From the NCBI GenBank assembly GCA_965655095.1, contig OZ296658.1:88660001-88724000 (forward strand): 64,000 nt of DNA, written 5' to 3'. Source of the stretch: Haplodiscus bocki (Eukaryota). Shown piece by piece: positions 50,986-61,200 of the stretch. Each line of letters starts with the position of its first letter. Within the stretch, counting starts at the first letter, position 1. The translations under genes and the position numbers were made by a program. The notes under the pieces were generated by a model, which ran no database searches, was not told the origin of the DNA, and saw only the letters and a list, made by a program, of their open reading frames with translations.

Positions 50986-51600
50986 TTCATTTTAGAAGCT
51001 GTAGAACAATTCGTTTGTCTTTGACTGGTCGAACAGTGATGAGGAAATTGTTATGGAGGCTATAAAAGAGATTGTGCTTGCCTAAAAATTAGCTTTCGAT
51101 TCATGCAAAAGAGAAAAGGAGTTTGTTGAATAAGCTCTAAAAAATGGTTTTCTTCCCACGTAAGCTGCTGAACTGGTTAAAAGTAGAATATTGTTACTTA
51201 AGCTTTAAGACCTAATTTTTTTAGATCACTCTTCGCTTGTGACTTACTGCACAATGATAAGCTCTGAAATAATTTCGTCTAGCTTTAGAATTCGCTCATA
51301 GAATTCCGGAGATGGTTTGATGTTGTTTCATAGACTATAATTTTTTTTCGTGGTCAAGTGTGTGCTCCTTAGAAATTAGGAAATAGTGAAGTTCTTGTAA
51401 AAGCTGTAAAGTAACCCGTGTTCTTTATGTCTCGTGTCAGAAAAATGCTAAAAATTGTTGAAGAATCTGTAGAAAAGTATGGGTTGATGTTGGCACAAGC
51501 ATCAGATAATTTCATACTCGAAAATGCAGTTGTTTTTAGGCAGTTAAAGAGCCTAAAAGTCCGGCTATTTGCATGCGAATAATTAAATAATTGGTATAGA
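50986..51600 (+). pseudogene. Decayed DUF4116-like repeats in C unit 1 (clearest 25-residue periodicity)
   Basis: From 51038 one frame reads DEEIVMEAIKEIVLA*KLAFDSCKR / EKEFVE*ALKNGFLPT*AAELVK, so DEEIV and EKEFV are exactly 25 codons apart. Preceded by FILEAVEQ (50986) and followed by KLGNSEVLVKAVK (~51373). Confidence 0.7.
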
Positions 51601-52569
51601 AGCTATTGAATATGGTCTCCAGGTTGGATGTTTGCTAATCTAAACAGTAGCTTAAATTGAATTCCAGTGCTGAAATCAAGGATATTAGTCATCGCGAATT
51701 CATTAATGGTAATACTTTTGTTGAATCACAAGGAATAAAATTGACTCCGTTTTCCAGTTTAAAATGTTAGAGAAAGGTTATTTTTAACGTGATCAGTTCG
51801 GTAGAAAAATAGGTACAACTTCTTTCCTAATATTTAGGACAACCACTGGTTTGGAACAAACAGTTTTTTTCGATGAGATAGAAAACTAACTACTAAAAAG
51901 GAACCAACAATTAAAAAAAATACTATCCTGAAAGGAACTGAAATCAGAGATTTGATTTTGCTGAAGTTTCTGGAGTTACTATAAATGACGAAAGGGAGTT
52001 TAGTTCAAGGAAACGAATTTATTGCGAATTGAGATCAAATCGAAAAGTTGATGTTTAAGGTTGATGCTCTGTTAAAAACAAACTTTCAAAGTGGTTTTCC
52101 TGAAGGAAGCTCAATTCGATGCTTTAATGTACAATAGACTAAAGTGCGAAACAGGATATTTGTGGAGACAAATCTTTTCGAAAATGATGTTCAAGTGCTG
52201 TAATTTTTTTCAAAATTGGTTTTTTTGCAATTGTTAGCATTAGAAGTTTTAGCAAATTATGATCCATGAAATAACACAACAAGCAAAGTAATATAAAAGA
52301 AATACTCATTGAATTAGAATTGGTTAGTGTGAATACTTATATGAAATTTGGTCTTGCATTAACAGCATGTGCCTTCAACCAACTTCTGGAACTCACTGGA
52401 TTTTGTTGTGTGAAAATTACCATTTAATATCGTATGGTTGTGCGCAACGAAAAGTTTTACTGAATCAACTGCCAAGGGAGCGTGGCGATTGTATTAACCT
52501 TTAATAAGGAATCCATCAACGATAGCTTACTTGCACGTTAGTGTTTGTATTCTGGATCTTTTTAACCTT

Positions 52570-53205
52570 ATGAGTTTCAAATATCAGAACAAATGACCAT
52601 TATTTCAAACCTGCGGAGTAAGGTTCCTCAGCGAAGCGTTTTCGAGTCTCCTATTGGACATCTCAAAGGATAACAACCTCTTTCATAGACCCAAATAGAA
52701 ATCGATTGAACGAAGCACTACAAAACTTCAAAATTTTGCAGTCAATTTGTCATGTCTTCGAGTTGTGTTGACTGCATCACTAACTGCGTGTTGACGGGAA
52801 GATTTTTGAATTTGTCGTTAAAAATTAATGGACCGATCTGAATCTACTTCAATAATGAATGTGAGTCTCTTCTACTAAAAAGTCTCTTCTTTTAAACTTC
52901 AATTTCAGATATCAAAAATACTCGAAACCTGTGGAGTTAGGTTCCTCAGCGAAGCTATTTCAAATCTTCGATATGACATCTCAAAGGATAACAGGATAAC
53001 AACCTCGTTGATGAATCTAATCAAATCGATTGAACAAAGCACTACAAAACCTAAAATTTTTGCAGCTCAATGATCTTCTCTTCGGGATCTGTTGACTGCG
53101 TTAATAACTGCTAGTTGACTGGAAGATTTTTGGGTTTGTCGGTAAAAATTCATAGACCGATCTGAATCCACTTCAATGAGAATGTGAGTCTCCTCTACTA
53201 GAGGT
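52570..53205 (+). repeat. Diverged ~320 bp internal tandem duplication within each C monomer
   Basis: GTTCCTCAGCGAAGC at 52623 and 52941, each followed by ACATCTCAAAGGATAACA, ATCGATTGAAC and GACCGATCTGAATC. A monomers have one copy and B has none. Confidence 0.9.
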
Positions 53206-55215
53206 AACAACATCACTTTGTTAGTAATAGAAAATACAAGTAAAAAACCCTCGAGAGACTGGAATTTTAGATGAATGTTTCCAAGAAATGTTTTTATTGG
53301 AATTCCATTAGTGATTCGGGAAAAATGGATGGTGGGATTGAGGAGTTCTCAAGTTTACAAAATAGTTTGAATGATTTGACTGATAGAAACATTATATGAA
53401 TTTTTCTAACCAATGTTTGTTATGAACGAAAACCTGTAGATGATGGTATTTCAAAATTAATGCTGATGGCGCATACCCCAAGCAACATAATTTACAATTC
53501 AATCTAGAACTGGCTGATTCTTATGGAAGTGATAGAAGAATTAGCGAGGATTTTCAATATTTGCGTGTTTTTGGATATCAAAAACGTAGGAGAAGCTATA
53601 ATTGAAGGTGTAAAAGATGACTTCCGCTGTCATTTTTTGAAGGAGGCATAGATGTGTAGATCAGTATGCAATCAACAACATGGGTAAAAAGTCTTTTGGC
53701 TCCGTTTGGTTCGATCCAGTTGAACTTATCATCAATCCACCTGGATTATGTAAAATAACTGACATCGATAAAGCAATTGGAATTCAAGTTTGAACAGATG
53801 ATTTCTCAAGGAAATGTCTTCCCACAACACATCATCATTTAGTGTACACTCTAGGAAAGAATGAAGTTTTGGGTTTTACTTTTCATTTTAGAAGCTGTAG
53901 AACAAATCGTTTGTGTCTTTGACTGGTCGAACAGTGATGAGGAAATTGTTATGGAAGCTATAAAAGAGATTGTGCATGCCTAAAAATTAGCTTTCGATTC
54001 ATTCAAAAGAGAAAAGGAGTTTGTTGAATAAGCTCTAAAAAATGGTTTTCTTCCCACGTAAGCTGCTAAACTGGTTAAAAGTAGAATATTGTTGTTACTT
54101 AAGCTTTAAGACCTAATTTTTTTTAGATCACTCTTCGCTTCTGACTTACTGCTCAATGATAAGCTGTAAAATAAATTTGTCTAGCTTTAGAATTCGCTCA
54201 TAGAATTCCGGAGATGGTTTGATGTTGTTTCATAGACCATAGACTTTTTTCGTGGTCAAGTGTGTGCTCCTTAGAAATTAGGAAATATTGAAGTTCATGT
54301 AAAAGCTGTAAAGTCACCCGTGTTCTTTGTGTTTCGCGTCAGAAAAATGCTAAAAATTGTTGAAGAATCTGTAAAAAAGTATGGGTTGATGTTGGCACAA
54401 GCATCAGATAATTTCATACTCGAAAATGCAGTTGTTTTGAGGCAGTTAAAGAACCTCAAATTCCGGCTATTTGCATGCGAATAATTAAATAATTGGTATA
54501 GAAGCTATTGAATATGGTCTCCAAGTTGGATGTTTGCTAATCTAAACAGTAGCATAAATTGAATTCCAGTGCTGAAATCAAGGATATTAGTCATCGCGAA
54601 TTCCTTAATGGTAATACTTTTGTTGAATCACAAGGAATAAAATTGACTCCGTTTTCCAGTTTACAATGGTAGAGAAAGGTTATTTTTAACGTGATCAGTT
54701 CGGTAGAAAAATAGGTACAACTTCTTTCCTAATATTTAGGACAACCACTGGTTTGCAACAAACAGTTTTTTTTTCGATGAGATGGAAACCTAACTACTAA
54801 AAAGGAACCAACAACTCAAAAAAAATACTATCCTGAAGGAACTGAAATCAGAGATTTGATTTTGCTGAAGTTTCTGGAGTTACTATAAATGACGAAAGGG
54901 AGTTTAGTTCAAGGAAACGAATTTCTTGCGAATTGAGATCAAATCGAAAAGTTGATGTTTAAGGTTGATGCTCTGTTAAAAACAAACTTTCAAAGTGGTT
55001 TTCCTGAAGGAAACTCAATTCGGTGCTTTAATGTACAATAGAATAAAGTGCGAAACAGCATTTTTGTGGAGACAAATTGTTTCAAAAATGATGTTCAATT
55101 GTTGTATTTTTTTTTCAAATTTGGTTTTTTTGCAATTGTTAGCATTAGTAGAATTTTTAGCAAATTATGATCCATGAAATAACACAACAAGCAAAGTATT
55201 ATAAAAGAAATACTC

Positions 55216-55267
55216 ATTGAATTAGAATTGGTTAGTGTGAAATTGAATTAGAATTGGTTAGTGTGAA
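55216..55267 (+). repeat. Perfect 26 bp tandem duplication (ATTGAATTAGAATTGGTTAGTGTGAA)x2
   Basis: Also at 58152-58203 and 61084-61135. Single copy in C unit 1 (~52308), in relict D and in the A units. Confidence 0.95.
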
Positions 55268-58200
55268 TACTTATATGAAATTTGGTCCTGCATTAACAGC
55301 ATCTGCCTTCAACCAACTTCTGGAACTCACTGGATTTTGTTTTCTGAAAATTACCGTTTAAATTCGTATGGTTGTGCGCAACGAAAAGTATTACTGAATC
55401 AACTGCCAAGGGAGCGTGGCGATTGTATTAACCTTTAATACGGAATCCGTCAACGATAGCTTACTTGCACGTTAGTGTTTGTATTCTGGATCTTTTTAAC
55501 CATATGAGTTTCAAATATCAGAACAAATGACCATTATTTCAAACCTGCGGAGTAAGGTTCCTCAGCGAAGCGTTTTCGAGTCTCCTATTGGACATCTCAA
55601 AGGATAACAACCTCTTTCATAGACCCAAATAGAAATCGATTGAACGAAGCACTACAAAACTTCAAAATTTTGCAGTCAATTTGTCATGTCTTCGAGTTGT
55701 GTTGACTGCATCACTAACTGCGTGTTGACTGGAAGATTTTTGAATTTGTCGTTAAAAATTAATGGACCGATCTGAATCTACTTCACTAATGAATGTGAGT
55801 CTCTTCTACTAAAGAGTCTCTTTTTTTAAACTTTAATTTCAGATATCAAAACAAATACTCGAAACCTGTGGAGTTAGGTTCCTCAGCGAAGCTATTTCAA
55901 ATCTTCGATATGACATGTCAAAGGATAACAGGATAACAACCTCGTTGATGAATCTAATCAAATCGATTGAACAAAGCACTACGAAACCTAAAATTTTTGC
56001 AGCTCAATGATCGTCTCTTTGAGATCTGTTGACTGCGTCAATAACTGCTAGTTGACTGGAAGATTTTTGGATTTCTCGGTAAAAATTCATAGACCGATCT
56101 GAATGCACTTCAATAAGAATGTGAGTCTCCTCTACTAGAGGTAACAACATCACTTTGTTAGTAATAGAAAATACAAGTAGAAAACCCTCGAGAGACTGGA
56201 ATTTTAGATGAATGTTTCCAAGAAATGTTTTTCTATTGGAATTCCATTAGTGCTTCGGGAAAAATGGATGGTGGGATTGAGGAGTTCTCAAGTTTACAAA
56301 ATAGTTTGAATGATTTGACTGATAGAAACATTATATGAATTTTTCTAACCAATGTTTGTTATGAACGAAAACCTGTAGATGATGGTATTTCAAAATTAAT
56401 GCTGATGGCGCATACCCCAAGCAACATAATTTACAATTCAATCTAGAACTGGTTGATTCTTATGGAAGTGATAGAAGAATTAGCGAGGATTTTCATTATT
56501 TGCGTGTTTTTGGATATCAAAAACGTAGAAGCTATAATTGAAGGTGTAAAAGATGACTTCCGCTGTCATTTTTTGAAGGAGGCATAGAAATGTAGATCAG
56601 TATGCAATCAACAACATGGGTGAAAAGTCTTTTGGCTCCGTTTGGTTCGATCCAGTTGAAATTATCATCAATCCACCTGGATTATGTAAAATAACTGACA
56701 TCGATAAAGCAATTGGAATTCAAGTTTGAACAGATGATTTCTCAAGGAAATGTCTTCCCACAACACATCATCATTTAGTGTACACTCTAGGAAAGAATGA
56801 AGTTCTGGGTTTTACTTTTCATTTTAGAAGCTGTAGAACAAATCGTTTGTGTCTTTGACTGGTCGAACAGTGATGAGGAAATTGTTATTGAAGCTATAAA
56901 AGAGATTGTGCATGCCTAAAAATTAGCTTTCGATTCATTCAAAAGAGAAAAGGAGTTTGTTGAATAAGCTCTAAAAAATGGTTTTCTTCCCACGTAAGCT
57001 GCTAAACTGGTTAAAAGTAGAATATTGTTGTTACTTAAGCTTTAAGACCTAATTTTTTTTAGATCACTCTTCGCTTCTGACTTACTGCTCAATGATAAGC
57101 TCTGAAATAATTTCGTCTAGCTTTAGAATTCGCTCATAGAATTCCGGAGATGGTTTGATGTTGTTTCATAGACCATAGACTTTTTTCGTGGTCAAGTGTG
57201 TGCTCCTTAGAAATTAGGAAATAGTGAAGTTCTTGTAAAAGCTGTAAAGTCACCCGTGTTCTTTGTGTTTCGCGTCAGAAAAATGCTAAAAATTGTTGAA
57301 GAATCTGTAGAAAAGTATGGGTTGATGTTGGCACAAGCATCAGATAATTTCATACTCGAAAATGCAGTTGTTTTGAGGCAGTTAAAGAACCTCAAATTCC
57401 GGCTATTTGCATGCGAATAATTAAATAATTGGTATAGAAGCTATTGAATATGGTCTCCAAGTTGGATGTTTGCTAATCTAAACAGTAGCATAAATTGAAT
57501 TCCAGTGCTGAAATCAAGGATATTAGTCATCGCGAATTCCTTAATGGTAATACTTTTGTTGAATCACAAGGAATAAAATTGACTCCGTTTTCCAGTTTAC
57601 AATGGTAGAGAAAGGTTATTTTTAACGTGATCAGTTCGGTAGAAAAATAGGTACAACTTCTTTCCTAATATTTAGGACAACCACTGGTTTGGAACAAACA
57701 GTTTTTTTTTCGATGAGATGGAAACCTAACTACTAAAAAGGAACCAACAACTCAAAAAAAATACTATCCTGAAGGAACTGAAATCAGAGATTTGATTTTG
57801 CTGAAGTTTCTGGAGTTACTATAAATGACGAAAGGGAGTTTAGTTCAAGGAAACGAATTTCTTGCGAATTGAGATCAAATCGAAAAGTTGATGTTTAAGG
57901 TTGATGCTCTGTTAAAAACAAACTTTCAAAGTGGTTTTCGTGAAGGAAACTCAATTCGATGCTTTAATGTACAATAGAATAAAGTGCGAAACAGCATTTT
58001 TGTGGAGACAAATTGTTTCAAAAATGATGTTCAATTGTTGTAATTTTTTTTCAAATTTGGTTTTTTTGCAATTGTTAGCATTAGTAGAATTTTTAGCAAA
58101 TTATGATCCATGAAATAACACAACAAGCAAAGTATTATAAAAGAAATACTCATTGAATTAGAATTGGTTAGTGTGAAATTGAATTAGAATTGGTTAGTGT

Positions 58201-61200
58201 GAATACTTATATGAAATTTGGTCCTGCATTAACAGCATCTGCCTTCAACCAACTTCTGGAACTCACTGGATTTTGTTTTCTGAAAATTACCGTTTAAATT
58301 CGTATGGTTGTGCGCAACGAAAAGTATTACTGAATCAACTGCCAAGGGAGCGTGGCGATTGTATTAACCTTTAATACGGAATCCGTCAACGATAGCTTAC
58401 TTGCACGTTAGTGTTTGTATTCTGGATCTTTTTAACCATATGAGTTTCAAATATCAGAACAAATGACCATTATTTCAAACCTGCGGAGTAAGGTTCCTCA
58501 GCGAAGCGTTTTGGAGTCTCCTATTGGACATCTCAAAGGATAACAACCTCTTTCATAGACCCAAATAGAAATCGATTGAACGAAGCACTACAAAACTTCA
58601 AAATTTTGCAGTCAATTTGTCATGTCTTCGAGTTGTGTTGACTGCATCACTAACTGCGTGTTGACTGGAAGATTTTTGAATTTGTCGTTAAAAATTAATG
58701 GACCGATCTGAATCTACTTCACTAATGAATGTGAGTCTCTTCTACTAAAGAGTCTCTTTTTTTAAACTTTAATTTCAGATATCAAAACAAATACTCGAAA
58801 CCTGTGGAGTTAGGTTCCTCAGCGAAGCTATTTCAAATCTTCGATATGACATGTCAAAGGATAACAGGATAACAACCTCGTTGATGAATCTAATCAAATC
58901 GATTGAACAAAGCACTACGAAACCTAAAATTTTTGCAGCTCAATGATCGTCTCTTTGAGATCTGTTGACTGCGTCAATAACTGCTAGTTGACTGGAAGAT
59001 TTTTGGATTTGTCGGTAAAAATTCATAGACCGATCTGAATGCACTTCAATAAGAATGTGAGTCTCCTCTACTAGAGGTAACAACATCACTTTGTTAGTAA
59101 TAGAAAATACAAGTAGAAAACCCTCGAGAGACTGGAATTTTAGATGAATGTTTCCAAGAAATGTTTTTCTATTGGAATTCCATTAGTGCTTCGGGAAAAA
59201 TGGATGGTGGGATTGAGGAGTTCTCAAGTTTACAAAATAGTTTGAATGATTTGACTGATAGAAACATTATATGAATTTTTCTAACCAATGTTTGTTATGA
59301 ACGAAAACCTGTAGATGATGGTATTTCAAAATTAATGCTGATGGCGCATACCCCAAGCAACATAATTTACAATTCAATCTAGAACTGGTTGATTCTTATG
59401 GAAGTGATAGAAGAATTAGCGAGGATTTTCATTATTTGCGTGTTTTTGGATATCAAAAACGTAGAAGCTATAATTGAAGGTGTAAAAGATGACTTCCGCT
59501 GTCATTTTTTGAAGGAGGCATAGATGTGTAGATCAGTATGCAATCAACAACATGGGTGAAAAGTCTTTTGGCTCCGTTTGGTTCGATCCAGTTGAAATTA
59601 TCATCAATCCACCTGGATTATGTAAAATAACTGACATCGATAAAGCAATTGGAATTCAAGTTTGAACAGATGATTTCTCAAGGAAATGTCTTCGCACAAC
59701 ACATCATCATTTAGTGTACACTCTAGGAAAGAATGAAGTTCTGGGTTTTACTTTTCATTTTAGAAGCTGTAGAACAATTCGTTTGTGTCTTTGACTGGTC
59801 GCACAGTGATGAGGAAATTGTTATGGAGGCTATAAAAGAGATTGTGCTTGCCTAAAAATTAGCTTTCGATTCATGCAAAAGAGAAAAGGAGTTTGTTGAA
59901 TAAGCTCTAAAAAATGGTTTTCTTCCCACGTAAGCTGCTGAACTGGTTAAAAGTAGAATATTGTTACTTAAGCTTTAAGACCTAATTTTTTTAGATCACT
60001 CTTCGCTTCTGACTTACTGCACAATGATAAGCTCTGAAATAATTTCGTCTAGCTTTAGAATTCGCTCATAGAATTCCGGAGATGGTTTGATGTTGTTTCA
60101 TAGACCATAGACTTTTTTCGTGGTCAAGTGTGTGCTCCTTAGAAATTAGGAAATAGTGAAGTTCTTGTAAAAGCTGTAAAGTCACCCGTGTTCTTTGTGT
60201 TTCGCGTCAGAAAAATGCTAAAAATTGTTTAAGAATCTGTAGAAAAGTATGGGTTGATGTTGGCACAAGCTTCAGATAATTTCATACTCGAAAATGCAGT
60301 TGTTTTGAGGCAGTTAAAGAACCTCAAATTCCGGCTATTTGCATGCGAATAATTAAATAATTGGTATAGAAGCTATTGAATATGGTCTCCAAGTTGGATG
60401 TTTGCTAATCTAAACAGTAGCATAAATTGAATTCCAGTGCTGAAATCAAGGATATTAGTCATCGCGAATTCCTTAATGGTAATACTTTTGTTGAATCACA
60501 AGGAATAAAATTGACTCCGTTTTCCAGTTTACAATGGTAGAGAAAGGTTATTTTTAACGTGATCAGTTCGGTAGAAAAATAGGTACAACTTCTTTCCTAA
60601 TATTTAGGACAACCACTGGTTTGGAACAAACAGTTTTTTTTTCGATGAGATGGAAACCTAACTACTAAAAAGGAACCAACAACTCAAAAAAAATACTATC
60701 CTGAAGGAACTGAAATCAGAGATTTGATTTTGCTGAAGTTTCTGGAGTTACTATAAATGACGAAAGGGAGTTTAGTTCAAGGAAACGAATTTCTTGCGAA
60801 TTGAGATCAAATCGAAAAGTTGATGTTTAAGGTTGATGCTCTGTTAAAAACAAACTTTCAAAGTGGTTTTCGTGAAGGAAACTCAATTCGATGCTTTAAT
60901 GTACAATAGAATAAAGTGCGAAACAGCATTTTTGTGGAGACAAATTGTTTCAAAAATGATGTTCAATTGTTGTAATTTTTTTTCAAATTTGGTTTTTTTG
61001 CAATTGTTAGCATTAGTAGAATTTTTAGCAAATTATGATCCATGAAATAACACAACAAGCAAAGTATTATAAAAGAAATACTCATTGAATTAGAATTGGT
61101 TAGTGTGAAATTGAATTAGAATTGGTTAGTGTGAATACTTATATGAAATTTGGTCCTGCATTAACAGCATCTGCCTTCAACCAACTTCTGGAACTCACTG

